64,000 nucleotides of DNA from Fidelibacterota bacterium (GCA_018658715.1 JABHUQ010000111.1:6280-70279), one strand, 5' to 3'; positions 1-10,110 are shown, counted from the stretch's first letter. Numbers and translations: made by a program. Notes: generated by a model not told the origin, from the sequence alone.

Positions 1-492
1 GACTTGGTTTAAAGATAGAAGGAAGTTATGATAATCTTTTGAATTGAAAAGATTATGAATTACTTCCCTTCGATATTCAAAGATATAATTCAAATTGTTT
101 TTTATCCATATAGCGTGTAATAGTTTTCCGATAATGCCAAATGGTACACTATATTGTATTTCATCATGAATCTCAACTCCATCAGAACCTTCTACAAAGG
201 TATGCGTATGATGCCAATACTTATATGGCCCTTTTATCTGTTTATCTACGAATTTGTATGGTGGTTCATAGGATGTAATTAAAGTTTGCCAATGAATTGG
301 CGCTTTGAAAATTCGAATTATATAATCTATCAGCGCTCCTTTTTTCATTTCAATGGGTGGAGGCGTTAGGATTTTAAAATCTAGATGATCAGGTGTAATT
401 AAGGATAGGTTTTCTGGTCGGGAAAAAAAGGCGAAGATTTCAACTAGGGGTCGCTTAATAATTTGCTTTGTAGTTATCTTATATATTTTCAT
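1..492 (-). CDS. SRPBCC (START-like ligand-binding) family protein, 3' end runs off the window
   Basis: Not in the ORF track. Manual translation from ATG at 492 is open to position 1: MKIYKITTKQIIKRPLVEIFAFFSRPENLSLITP...WQTLITSYEPPYKFVDKQIKGPYKYWHHTHTF...DEIQYSVPFG, typical SRPBCC motifs. Confidence 0.85.
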   Translation of the reverse strand, partial: MKIYKITTKQIIKRPLVEIFAFFSRPENLSLITPDHLDFKILTPPPIEMKKGALIDYIIRIFKAPIHWQTLITSYEPPYKFVDKQIKGPYKYWHHTHTFVEGSDGVEIHDEIQYSVPFGIIGKLLHAIWIKNNLNYIFEYRREVIHNLFNSKDYHNFLLSLNQV

Positions 493-498
493 TGTTTA

Positions 499-1368
499 TT
501 ATAATATAATCTTAGAAAGCAAATCGTTAAAATTATCTATGATAGAAAATAATTCGGTCTTGGTATCTGTTAATTGGGTAATTGCATTTCCGCCAACAAA
601 AATTTTGATATTATGCTTTAAAGCTATAGTCAATAATTCATCTAACTCTTCTTCTATTTGGTCTAGGTTTTCAATGTAATTCACTGAGATTACTATATAC
701 TTTGGATTTAGTTGATCAATTAATCTTTTTAAAAACTTTATTGGGAAATTACGACCCAAATTAAGTGTCTTGATTTGATTCAATTCTAACAATTGTTTAA
801 CCATAATTAATGGTAATTCATGATCATCGCCAGTAAAAGTGAAACATATGGCTGCGGTATCATCAACCAATGGAGGATATTCCAATAATTCGCCCAAATC
901 ATAGAGAGCTATACGAACTGCTTCAGATGCTAAATGTTCTTCATAAACTGACAGTTTATCAGCTGCCCATAAATAGCCTATTTTATGTAAAACTGGGAAT
1001 ACAAGTTTATCATAGATATTATGCAATGGATTGCCTTTTAAATATAGGCCAGTAAGTATAGTAATGAGTCGTTTATTATCAGCAAGAATTGAAGCATTAA
1101 GAAAGAGAGGGCATAATTCGTTATAATCGCCCTTCTCGATATAATGTATCAAATTTTTATCGGCCAATCCCTGTAACTCAAAAAGATTTACCTTTTGAAC
1201 TTTTTTCTTATTGTTTTTTAAAAATATATTGATATGGGCAAGTGTAAATTTTCTATGACCACCCTGTGTTTGAAAGCATGGTAACATATTAGCATCAGTC
1301 CAACGCTTTATGGTGGAAACATTAACTCCCATTAATAGGGCGACATCTTTGGAGTTCAAGTATCTCAT
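499..1368 (-). CDS. MerR-type HTH plus cobalamin-binding domain regulator (CarH/LitR-like)
   Basis: N-terminal HTH (DVALLMGVNVSTIKRW...TQGGHRKF); W-x9-EH motif (WAADKLSVYEEH); Rossmann B12-binding elements DDHELP...ISV...FVGG. Confidence 0.85.
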   Translation of the reverse strand: MRYLNSKDVALLMGVNVSTIKRWTDANMLPCFQTQGGHRKFTLAHINIFLKNNKKKVQKVNLFELQGLADKNLIHYIEKGDYNELCPLFLNASILADNKRLITILTGLYLKGNPLHNIYDKLVFPVLHKIGYLWAADKLSVYEEHLASEAVRIALYDLGELLEYPPLVDDTAAICFTFTGDDHELPLIMVKQLLELNQIKTLNLGRNFPIKFLKRLIDQLNPKYIVISVNYIENLDQIEEELDELLTIALKHNIKIFVGGNAITQLTDTKTELFSIIDNFNDLLSKIIL

Positions 1369-1401
1369 ATTTTATATAGAATATTTCATATTTAAATACT
1401 G

Positions 1402-4400
1402 TTATTGAGTGTTTCGAGCGAATTTATTTTTTATATTTTCAATAAATAAATAAGATGATGGTACAATAATTAGGGTAATTACTGTTGCAAATAACACACC
1501 AAATGCCAAAGAAATCGCCATCGGAATTAGAAACTTTGCTTGGACACTTTTTTCCATTAACATAGGAAAGAGTCCAAAAAAAGTGGTTAGAGATGTTAGT
1601 AAAATTGGACGAAAACGCCTAGGGCCTGCCTCAAGTACAGCCTGCTCAACAGTATGACCATCATCTCTATAACGGTTAATAAAATCCACCAAGACAAGTG
1701 CATCATTCACAACGACACCAGAAAGCGCTACAATTCCAATCAGAGAGAGAATTGTCAAATTTTGGCCCATAATAATATGTCCAATGACAGCGCCTGTTAA
1801 ACCAAATGGAATTGCACCCATGATGACAAGGGGTTGTGAATATGAGCGAAATGGAATTGCTAATAAGGTATAAACCACAATCATTGCAAAAATAAAATTT
1901 TTGAATATGGATCCTAGACTATCATTTTGTTCACGTTGCTCTCCCTCCAATGAAAAACGTACAGAAGGATAATTTTTCATAATATCAGGTAAATCTACTT
2001 GCGTTATAGCCGTCAGCACTTCGTTAGATGTTATTTTAGAAATGTCTACATTTGCTGTAACATTAACCGCCCGCTGTCGATTAACTCGATTGATACTTGA
2101 ATACCCCTGAGTAAACTCCATATTCACCACTTGGCGTAATGGGATTGCACCTCCTTGATTATTTCGTACCATTAACCCTTCAAGATTTTTAATGGTTTTC
2201 CTTTCATCATCAGGGTATCGAATGAACACTTTTACTTCATCGCGACCCCGTTGGAAACTTTGAACTTCTAATCCATAAAATGCCTGACGAACTTGACCTG
2301 CAACATTGGTCATAGTAATCCCATAATATTTTGCTTCTGGTCGCAAAGTCAATTCAATCTCTTCTTTGCCGAGGCTAAAGGAGTCTTTAATATCGATTAC
2401 ACCAGGATATCGAGCCAATTTTTGTTTGAGCAAAGTACTAACCATATTTAGGTCATCCATATTTTGGCTAGTTAGTTGAACATTGATAGGATCACCAGCG
2501 GAAAATAAATCAGAAGTAAAAACAACTTCCTTAACACCAGTCAGTGGTGGTGTCAATTCACGCCATCGCCTAGCAATTTCTGTTGCACTAATAAGTCGCT
2601 TTTCACCTGGAGACAATTCGATAGCGTATTCTGCCAAATGAGTACCACTTTGATTTCTGCTACCGCCATTAGGGCCTCCCCGGCTTTTATTCTTTACTGG
2701 TTGGTCGCCTGCAGTTGATAAAATATTTATAAATATTTTCTGATCTTTAAATTCATTAGATAATTCTTTTTCTAATTTATCAGCTGCTTCAGCAATAATA
2801 CGTAACCCTTCTATTGATTGTTGAATGGGAGTCCCTTCTGGGTAAACAATGGTAGCATTGACTGAATCAGCTTCCAGCGGTGGGAAAAAGACAAATTTCA
2901 TCCATCCACCAGCTAGTAAACCTATAGTCAATAATAATACACTAATTGAAGATGCGAGTGTAATACCTTGATGCCTTATCGTCCAACCCAATAATGGTTT
3001 GTACTTTGTATGGATAAACCACTGTAGTCCTACTTTAATTTTATTTTGAACTGATTCCCATCGCCGACTCAAAGTATTTATCCAGGGAAAACGGCTCTTG
3101 GGGGCTTCAGAAATATGGCCGAGATGGGAAGGAAGTATTGTGAGAGATTCAATCAGAGAAAAAACTAATACAATAATGGTTACTAAAGGAATAATTCTCC
3201 AAATTTGGCCAATATTACCAGCAACGGACAACATGGGTGAAAATGTTGCAATAGTTGTTAATATAGCAAAGATAACTGGTGTGGAGACTTGAGAAACACC
3301 TTTAATTGCTGCTTCTTTCGGCGATAGTCCACGCTCTCGCCATAAAAATACATTTTCTCCTACTACAATGGCATCATCGACCACTATACCTAGGACTAAA
3401 ATAAAGGTAAACAAGGAAAGCATATTTATAGATAAATCAAAAAGAGGCATTAACCAAAAACCACCCATAAAAGAGATTGGGATACCTAATGAAACCCAAA
3501 ATGCCAATTTAGGTTTTAAAAATAATGCTAATACCAATACGACCAACCCTAATCCTAGATAGGCATTTTTTGTAAGTAAATCTATTCTGCCCTGCAAAAT
3601 AATAGCTTCATCTGACCACGTTTTAGCGGCTACTCCTTGAGGTAAAACTTTATTTAAGTTTTTCACATATTTTTTGACTGATTCAGATATGGTTAAGGCA
3701 TTTTGATCTCCTACACGATAAATACGAATCAAGATAGAAGGGTAGCCATTAAAATTTTGAGCTAAATCAAACTTAGCGAAACCATCCTGAATCTTTGAAA
3801 TATCACCAAGAAGTAGACTTGATCCATCTGATCGGGATATTATGGGGATATTTGCAAATCCATCTTGAGTGTACTCTTGTCCTTTTGAACGAATCAGGAT
3901 TTCTCCAACTTCCGTCTCGATAACTCCCCCAGGAATATCCATTGAATTTAATTTGATTGCTGAAGCCACTTGTTCCAAAGTCAATTGATGCTTTTTTAAG
4001 GACAACTCAGAAATTTCAATGGACATTTCTCTATCTTTTTTACCAACAACTTTTGTTAAAGACACTTCAGGAAGGGCATCAATTTCGTCTTTAACCTGAT
4101 CTGCAACAGCAACTAAGCTTTCTTCATCAATATTACCATATACAGCTACTGTGATGACATCAGAAGTAGGACTTATATTCTGAATAATAGGTTTTTCAGC
4201 ATTATCAGGAAATGTATTAATAGCATCAATTTGTGTTTGGATTTTATCTTGAATTTCATTTACATCTTCACTAGGTAATATTTCAACACTAGTTACACCA
4301 ACGTTTTCTGATGCGGTAGATGTGATTCGTTTAATGCCCTTTAACCCTTGGAGTTTCTCTTCAATTCGTAAACAGATTCCTTCTTCAACATCTCCAGGTG

Positions 4401-4566
4401 ATGCCCCTGGATATACAACAGAAATAGAAACAATATCCAATTCAATATCTGGAAATACTTCCATTTTTAACCGGGGCAAGGTTAGCGTACCTGCAACCAA
4501 TATAAATAACATAAACATATTAGCAGCTACCGAATTATCGATGAACCATCGTATGATTCGGTCCAT
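1402..4566 (-). CDS. RND efflux transporter permease (AcrB/AcrD/AcrF family)
   Basis: 1054 aa; TM4 GIVVDDAIVVGEN, TM11 RFRPILLTSLTT, two large periplasmic loops. Confidence 0.95.
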   Translation of the reverse strand: MDRIIRWFIDNSVAANMFMLFILVAGTLTLPRLKMEVFPDIELDIVSISVVYPGASPGDVEEGICLRIEEKLQGLKGIKRITSTASENVGVTSVEILPSEDVNEIQDKIQTQIDAINTFPDNAEKPIIQNISPTSDVITVAVYGNIDEESLVAVADQVKDEIDALPEVSLTKVVGKKDREMSIEISELSLKKHQLTLEQVASAIKLNSMDIPGGVIETEVGEILIRSKGQEYTQDGFANIPIISRSDGSSLLLGDISKIQDGFAKFDLAQNFNGYPSILIRIYRVGDQNALTISESVKKYVKNLNKVLPQGVAAKTWSDEAIILQGRIDLLTKNAYLGLGLVVLVLALFLKPKLAFWVSLGIPISFMGGFWLMPLFDLSINMLSLFTFILVLGIVVDDAIVVGENVFLWRERGLSPKEAAIKGVSQVSTPVIFAILTTIATFSPMLSVAGNIGQIWRIIPLVTIIVLVFSLIESLTILPSHLGHISEAPKSRFPWINTLSRRWESVQNKIKVGLQWFIHTKYKPLLGWTIRHQGITLASSISVLLLTIGLLAGGWMKFVFFPPLEADSVNATIVYPEGTPIQQSIEGLRIIAEAADKLEKELSNEFKDQKIFINILSTAGDQPVKNKSRGGPNGGSRNQSGTHLAEYAIELSPGEKRLISATEIARRWRELTPPLTGVKEVVFTSDLFSAGDPINVQLTSQNMDDLNMVSTLLKQKLARYPGVIDIKDSFSLGKEEIELTLRPEAKYYGITMTNVAGQVRQAFYGLEVQSFQRGRDEVKVFIRYPDDERKTIKNLEGLMVRNNQGGAIPLRQVVNMEFTQGYSSINRVNRQRAVNVTANVDISKITSNEVLTAITQVDLPDIMKNYPSVRFSLEGEQREQNDSLGSIFKNFIFAMIVVYTLLAIPFRSYSQPLVIMGAIPFGLTGAVIGHIIMGQNLTILSLIGIVALSGVVVNDALVLVDFINRYRDDGHTVEQAVLEAGPRRFRPILLTSLTTFFGLFPMLMEKSVQAKFLIPMAISLAFGVLFATVITLIIVPSSYLFIENIKNKFARNTQ

Positions 4567-5714
4567 TAGTTACTATCCTTTTTTTGATTCAATTTCATAC
4601 CTTCCACTAGGACAGCTAAACGAGTAAGAAGTATAGCGTCTTCCGATGATAGTCCACTACGAATGAATGCAGAATTATGTTCATAACGTAGCACTTCTAC
4701 GTCTTTTTGGAATAAAACACCTTCTTCATTTACCACCCATATTTTATTATCTCTAACTGTATAACGCGGGACAACAGCAATTTGAAGAAATTGTTTTCCT
4801 TCAATTTCAGCTTTAACAAACATACCAACTTTCAAAGGGAGATTATGAGTATATGGATTTGATACTTGTGCAATAACTGAAAGCATTCGTGTCCGAGAAT
4901 CGATTTCAGCAGCTGAGCGAATTATTTTCCCTTCCCAAAAGGCCTGATTACCTGCATACAGTGTATGTAATAAAACACTGGGTTGTTCATTTGTAGGAAT
5001 ATTTCTTCCATCTAAGGGGATATTTAAAAATGCTAAATCTTTCTCAGCAATGGGCAAAGATATTTCCACAATATCTGTGGCATACACCTGTGCCAAAGCA
5101 ATACTAGGTCCAACCACCATCCCTACATCAACATTTTTTTTACGAATGCGCCCATTAAAGGGAGATATAATATCAGTGCGAAAAAGGTTCCGTTCAGCTT
5201 GCTCGTAACCTGCTTCCATAGCTGCTAACAAAGCCTTTGCTTGAGCAAGTTGAGGTTTTCGCAATGTAAGATCACTGGCTTCCCCACCATTAATTCGTTC
5301 CCATTCTCTTGCGGCCAATAATGATTCAGCCATTTCCCTCTCATAATTAACCTTAGCTTGGGATAGATTAGATTCTGCGGCAATGAGCGCTAATTCATAA
5401 TCACGCTTATTTAGGCGGAGAAGAACGTCACCTTTATGAAAGGTAGCACCACTTTGTAAATTGTCAGAAACCCAATCAATTTTGCCAGATATTTCAGGCA
5501 TTAACCTAATTTCAGTTCTTGGAGTAACCGTACCTTGGGATTCGACTTTAACACGAATATCCTTCATAATTACGGGCTGAGTTTCAACTAATGGAGGTAT
5601 GAATTTCTTTTCTGTTGATTGTACAGCTGGCTTTGCTAAAATCATGACAACTGTCATGATAAGACTACCTAGTAAAATCCAAAACGGAGTATATTTTTTA
5701 AATATTATTTTCAT
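4566..5714 (-). CDS. RND efflux periplasmic adaptor (membrane fusion protein)
   Basis: N-terminal TM, lipoyl-like halves (EISGKI...KGDVLLRL / IISPFNGRI), helical hairpin, LKVGMFVKAEI; next to the RND permease. Confidence 0.93.
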   Translation of the reverse strand: MKIIFKKYTPFWILLGSLIMTVVMILAKPAVQSTEKKFIPPLVETQPVIMKDIRVKVESQGTVTPRTEIRLMPEISGKIDWVSDNLQSGATFHKGDVLLRLNKRDYELALIAAESNLSQAKVNYEREMAESLLAAREWERINGGEASDLTLRKPQLAQAKALLAAMEAGYEQAERNLFRTDIISPFNGRIRKKNVDVGMVVGPSIALAQVYATDIVEISLPIAEKDLAFLNIPLDGRNIPTNEQPSVLLHTLYAGNQAFWEGKIIRSAAEIDSRTRMLSVIAQVSNPYTHNLPLKVGMFVKAEIEGKQFLQIAVVPRYTVRDNKIWVVNEEGVLFQKDVEVLRYEHNSAFIRSGLSSEDAILLTRLAVLVEGMKLNQKKDSN

Positions 5715-5723
5715 TTTATTGCC

Positions 5724-7205
5724 TTAATTATTTTTGTAGGTGAATTCACCACCTAGTGCGAGTAGCAGATTTATTCTAGCATTAATTTGTTGTGATTGAA
5801 TAGTAATTTTACTTGAACGGGCACTGAACCATTGCTGTTGACTATTCATTACTGTCACCAAATCTGTTAATCCTTTTTCATAACGATCAAAGGCTAATAT
5901 GTAAGCGGAAGCCGCTTGCTGTTCAGCATCTTTTATTGCAATGAATTGACGTTGAACCGATGCATCAGCTGTTAGACTTTGTTCTACTTCAGAAAAAGCA
6001 GTAATAATAGTTTTAATCACATTTTGTTCTGCAAGCGTTAACTCATTTTTAGCTAGAGATACATTAGCTCGAAGGCGACCACCCTGAAAAATTGGAGCAG
6101 TCAAATTAGTACCTATATTCCATACTGAATAATCACCATTTAAAATATTTTGGATATCTGATGTAGATGTGCCTCCGCTTGCTGTAAGAGTAATAGATGG
6201 TAATAAATTACGCTTAGCTTGCGCCATTCGATAGCTAGATGCATCTGCTTTTAATAAAGCAGATTGGATATCTGGTCGTCTGTTGATTAACTCTGATGGT
6301 ATGCCAGCTGGTACATTCGGAAAGTGAATTGGGAATGTTGAAGGAATCATTAATGAACCAGCAGGGTATTTACCCATCAACATTTCGAGGACTCTTAACG
6401 AATTTTTATATTGAATGGATCGATTTTCTTTTTGAACGATACTCATTGCAAAGGAAGACTCAGCGATTCGAAGATCTAAACTAGATGATAGTCCATTATT
6501 ATATCGATCTTGGACAATATTGCGTATGTCAGCGAGAGTTGATGATGTTTCTATTGCTAGTTGATTTTGTATTGCAGCTTCAACGGCATTGTAGTAGGCA
6601 TTAGTGAATTGAGCTGATAATGAAAATAGGAGGTATCCCAATTCATTTTGTGTGGCTTCATATTCTTTCAATGCAGAACGTCTTTGGTTCAATAGTTTCC
6701 CCCAAATATCAATTTCCCATTGGACACCAAGGTTTATCCCATAATTTTGTGAATCGAAACTGACTTCTGAGTTTGATGAACTACTAGATGTTGAGGTATT
6801 GGGTGAATTACCACCAAGCCCTAACATACCACCCGATAAGCCAAAAGCAGATAAATTTTGTTTACGATTACTATTAGAGTTTGTCCCTGAGACATTTGGT
6901 AATATAACCGCTCCATTTATTTTTGCAGTTTGTTTAGCAATTTCTAATTGAGCGAAAATTGATCTTAAATCGGGATTATTGTTTTGAAATATTTCAAAAT
7001 ATTTTTGGAATGTTGTATCTGAGAAGGATTTCCACCAAGGACCAGTTATGTTTTCTTGCTGAGGTAAAGGCGTTAACCATGTTTGGGGTATTTCTTCCGG
7101 TAGCGATATGTTAATTTCTTGTATACTAGCACAGCCTTGAATATTAAATTGTCCAAAAAGCATAAATACTATGAAAATTATTCTAGTTGTATGCTCAACT
7201 AACAT
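5724..7205 (-). CDS. Outer membrane efflux lipoprotein (TolC/OprM/NodT family)
   Basis: Lipobox-like QGC; motifs WWKSFSD, NNPDL, WEIDIWGK, PSELINRRPDI, PIFQGGRL, LLLALGG. Confidence 0.93.
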   Translation of the reverse strand: MLVEHTTRIIFIVFMLFGQFNIQGCASIQEINISLPEEIPQTWLTPLPQQENITGPWWKSFSDTTFQKYFEIFQNNNPDLRSIFAQLEIAKQTAKINGAVILPNVSGTNSNSNRKQNLSAFGLSGGMLGLGGNSPNTSTSSSSSNSEVSFDSQNYGINLGVQWEIDIWGKLLNQRRSALKEYEATQNELGYLLFSLSAQFTNAYYNAVEAAIQNQLAIETSSTLADIRNIVQDRYNNGLSSSLDLRIAESSFAMSIVQKENRSIQYKNSLRVLEMLMGKYPAGSLMIPSTFPIHFPNVPAGIPSELINRRPDIQSALLKADASSYRMAQAKRNLLPSITLTASGGTSTSDIQNILNGDYSVWNIGTNLTAPIFQGGRLRANVSLAKNELTLAEQNVIKTIITAFSEVEQSLTADASVQRQFIAIKDAEQQAASAYILAFDRYEKGLTDLVTVMNSQQQWFSARSSKITIQSQQINARINLLLALGGEFTYKNN

Positions 7206-7644
7206 TTGTTCCTAATCTCTCTATTATTGCAATCAGTACTTTCCTAGTAATATTTGCGTCATTTTCCGATATAATAGATCTCATATTATTTCGAGTATTC
7301 TTCATAAGTGGCTCAATTTTATCAAATAATGACATACCCTTTTGGGTTAAATGAATATGCTTTTTACGTTGATCAGTATGACCTTTTACGCGAACTACAA
7401 TGTTTTTATTCTCAAGAGTACTAATTATTCTTGTGACGGATGCTTTGCCTTTCCCACATTTTTCGACAATTTCATTTTGAGCAATACCATTATTTTTCCA
7501 TACGGGCATTAATACCATCCACTGATCTAATGAAAGATCATATCCCGCATGACTCACTATGTACATGAATTTTTTAACCGTTGTGCGGTGGGCTAACCCC
7601 AGCAACACAGGTAAGGGTTCTTTGTTTAACATTGACTTGTCCAT
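7195..7644 (-). CDS. MarR family transcriptional regulator
   Basis: 149 aa with DQWMVL...SVTRIISTLE...DQRKKHIHLTQKG winged-helix signature; first gene of the efflux operon. Confidence 0.92.
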   Translation of the reverse strand: MDKSMLNKEPLPVLLGLAHRTTVKKFMYIVSHAGYDLSLDQWMVLMPVWKNNGIAQNEIVEKCGKGKASVTRIISTLENKNIVVRVKGHTDQRKKHIHLTQKGMSLFDKIEPLMKNTRNNMRSIISENDANITRKVLIAIIERLGTNVS

Positions 7645-7660
7645 AATAATACCTTAAATA

Positions 7661-7680
7661 ATAGTTGAATATACAACTAT
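7661..7680. promoter_or_regulatory. Palindromic operator, probable MarR-binding site
   Basis: ATAGTTG-AATATA-CAACTAT, 16 nt upstream of the marR start. It overlaps the -10 of a candidate minus-strand promoter TTTAAA-N17-TATATT. Confidence 0.7.
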
Positions 7681-7775
7681 AAATTTCATATTTAAACTAT
7701 AATATTAACATTCTATAGTAAATAATAAAGCATATTTTAACAATTATAGTCACGATTAATATGCATTATTCTTTA

Positions 7776-8336
7776 TCATTTTATTTGAACTAATATTTCA
7801 TTGCGGCGGAAAGGCGGCAATACCCAAGGTGAATTATATTGCGCAACCATAAAATTTCCAATTTTACTCAAATTGAGTTCATTTATTCTTGTTTTAAGTA
7901 TTTTTTGGTAGTCTGCTACTTTGTCTTGAGTTGCCCAGCCACCAAATTGAATAACAGCTACACGGCTTAGTGATCTTTCTTCTAATTTTACATGATCCAA
8001 ATTAGGTTGAGGCAACATTGGCATTGCATATTCTTTAGGCATAACAAACAATATTTCATGTTCTTCAAGATCTGTTGAAAGTTTTTGAGAAATCACTGGC
8101 GCGGTCATTGCTATACTCATATTTTTATCATTTCCACCAAAAATATAATTTGCAATCCGGTGGAATCCTTCACTCTGTGCTTCTCTATAACTAAGATGAA
8201 CGTTAGTCTTAGCTATAATCATTGGCATATATTCTCGAATTTCTACCTTACCATAGTTTTGAATTACTTTATAATTAGGTTTTTCAATAGCCAATATTGT
8301 ACTCACTCCAAAAATGTAAATAAGCATATTTTTCAT
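7776..8336 (-). CDS. SOUL family heme-binding protein
   Basis: EKPNYKV...EIREY, GFHRIANYIFGGN, IAMTAPV, FVMP, QYNSPWVLPPFRRNEI. Confidence 0.93.
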   Translation of the reverse strand: MKNMLIYIFGVSTILAIEKPNYKVIQNYGKVEIREYMPMIIAKTNVHLSYREAQSEGFHRIANYIFGGNDKNMSIAMTAPVISQKLSTDLEEHEILFVMPKEYAMPMLPQPNLDHVKLEERSLSRVAVIQFGGWATQDKVADYQKILKTRINELNLSKIGNFMVAQYNSPWVLPPFRRNEILVQIK

Positions 8337-8353
8337 GTTATTGTTAATTCATT

Positions 8354-9226
8354 CTAGCCATTTCCTTTATAAAAAGGAATGAGAACGGCAGTGTTGTTCT
8401 TATATGTTTGGTATTCATCTAGATTTCCCCATTTCTTATCAGCATACTCTTCTAAAAGATTTATTCCACTAATTTTAGTCAGCATCAGAATAACGAATAG
8501 CGGTGAAATCAAAGTTGCATTTTGCCAACCAGAAAGTGATGGATAAGATATGATTGCCATACCAATCCAAATTAAAATTTCACCGAAATAATTTGGATGT
8601 TGTGATATAGACCAAAGTCCTGTTGTAATAAACTGACCGCGTAATAATACGTTTTTTCTGAACTGTCTTTTCTGTTCATCTGCAATTACCTCAAATAAAA
8701 ATCCAATGACCCAAATAAATCCGCCAATACCAAGAAATAAATCAGCTTTGATTTCTGGATTATTTAGAATTAGAGTCAAAGCATTTGCTATTGTCAAAAA
8801 GGCCCATAAACCTGAAATACTAAAAAACATCAGAAATTTGAAAAAGGATATTTTGGCTTTTAAAAATCGTTTGTCTTCCCCTACATGAAAAACTCGGATT
8901 AGCAAAAATAAACCTAGTCGTAATGCCCAGGCGAGAACCATTACAGCAATAGTTTTAGACAGAAGTGAAACAGAACTACTCTCACTTGTAATATATACCG
9001 CCAAACCAACCATGACAAAATATGCTGCTGTTCCGGTAATATCATAAAATTTTTCCGTTTTTGAAAAGAATGATGGTAAAAACAATATCCAATGAATGAT
9101 GAATCCTATCCCCATTATCAACATTAATGCAGGTAACCCAGTAAAAGATGGTCCACCACAAGACCCAGCCCAAGCAAATGCAGCTGCGATGATGATAGAA
9201 ATGATTGAAATAAATAAATCACGCAT
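8354..9226 (-). CDS. DUF1295 membrane protein (steroid 5-alpha reductase-like)
   Basis: EKFYDITG, WALRLG.FL..R, EDKRF, EVIADEQK, GLWSISQHPNYFGEI, SGINLLE. Confidence 0.9.
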   Translation of the reverse strand: MRDLFISIISIIIAAAFAWAGSCGGPSFTGLPALMLIMGIGFIIHWILFLPSFFSKTEKFYDITGTAAYFVMVGLAVYITSESSSVSLLSKTIAVMVLAWALRLGLFLLIRVFHVGEDKRFLKAKISFFKFLMFFSISGLWAFLTIANALTLILNNPEIKADLFLGIGGFIWVIGFLFEVIADEQKRQFRKNVLLRGQFITTGLWSISQHPNYFGEILIWIGMAIISYPSLSGWQNATLISPLFVILMLTKISGINLLEEYADKKWGNLDEYQTYKNNTAVLIPFYKGNG

Positions 9227-9228
9227 AA

Positions 9229-9447
9229 TTAATAAACCTTATTTATTTGAAATTTATTTGGTTCATGCTCGCAGTCATCTATTATATTGCCACTTAAGTG
9301 AATAAAATCACTTGTCATTTCTGAAGTTTCCCATTTTGTATTAGTATTTAATAAAGTCAATAAAGTATGGCTTCCAAGAGTTGATACTTTAGAATAACCG
9401 GAATAAATAGGTAACATATAAATACCTTTAACAAATAATTTTCTCAT
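9229..9447 (-). CDS. Hypothetical 72-aa protein, possibly a gene remnant
   Basis: Fills the gap exactly: ATGA overlap with DUF2878 and 2 nt to the DUF1295 start. No recognisable motif. Confidence 0.4.
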   Translation of the reverse strand: MRKLFVKGIYMLPIYSGYSKVSTLGSHTLLTLLNTNTKWETSEMTSDFIHLSGNIIDDCEHEPNKFQINKVY

Positions 9448-9962
9448 TTTTCTAATACGATTTTATTATTTAAATAAAATAAAAATGGAAGAGTCAAGCC
9501 CCATACTATAGCTAGAATAGTTATCGAAAAAAATGATACATGAAAAACAAGCGCATCAAATTTTACACCAGCTATATATGAAAAAGGGCCAAAAATGGAT
9601 CCAAAGAGAATGGCATAAAACCATTTACCATCTAACCTAGATAAAGAATGGTTAATTGTCGTCGCAAAGCCTGCCCACATAGCAAGGATCCAAATTGGAG
9701 CCATGAATTCAAAAGTTAGTCCCTGATAATTAATTAACGTAGTCTGTAGCATTACTGTATCTAGGACAGCACCCAGAAATATTACAATTGCAATAAAGAT
9801 AATTTCAGATGTATTGATTTTAAAAAAGAAAATATGTACAAATAAAAAAAAAGCCATAATAATTGAGCCAAAATGGGGATGTCCGTTTTGAACACCGAAT
9901 ACACAAGCCCACCAACTCAGTTGAAAACCAGCAATATTGAACAATTTATTAATATTTGACAT
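9444..9962 (-). CDS. DUF2878 family membrane protein
   Basis: N..GFQLSWWACV, PIWILAMWAGFATTINHSL, GPFSYIAG. Probable start ATG at 9962; the track uses TTG at 9968. Confidence 0.85.
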   Translation of the reverse strand: MSNINKLFNIAGFQLSWWACVFGVQNGHPHFGSIIMAFFLFVHIFFFKINTSEIIFIAIVIFLGAVLDTVMLQTTLINYQGLTFEFMAPIWILAMWAGFATTINHSLSRLDGKWFYAILFGSIFGPFSYIAGVKFDALVFHVSFFSITILAIVWGLTLPFLFYLNNKIVLEK

Positions 9963-9991
9963 GATCAAATATTAATAAATTGTTCAATATT
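9933..9991. repeat. Perfect 27-bp inverted repeat with a 5-nt loop that contains the DUF2878 start codon
   Basis: AATATTGAACAATTTATTAATATTTGA (9933-9959), loop CATGA, TCAAATATTAATAAATTGTTCAATATT (9965-9991); checked base by base. Confidence 0.95.
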
Positions 9992-10110
9992 ACGCAAGAT
10001 AAAAATGAGCGATATAAGCGATTTATAGAAATAAAAATATAAAATATAATATACGCCTAATGAATGTCCTTATTATTTCAAAAATAAAATAATTTATACG
10101 AGACTAGTAA

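Noticed and set aside
1383-7696. Identical 14-mer ATTTCATATTTAAA upstream of both the CarH-like gene (1383) and marR (7683)
   Set aside because: Very AT-rich, only two copies, and at different distances from the starts; it cannot be separated from chance without comparative data.
9992-10110. Cobalamin riboswitch near the B12-related genes
   Set aside because: The region is almost pure A/T with no B12-box or GC-rich stems, and the 19-nt gap before the GlmL-like gene is too short.
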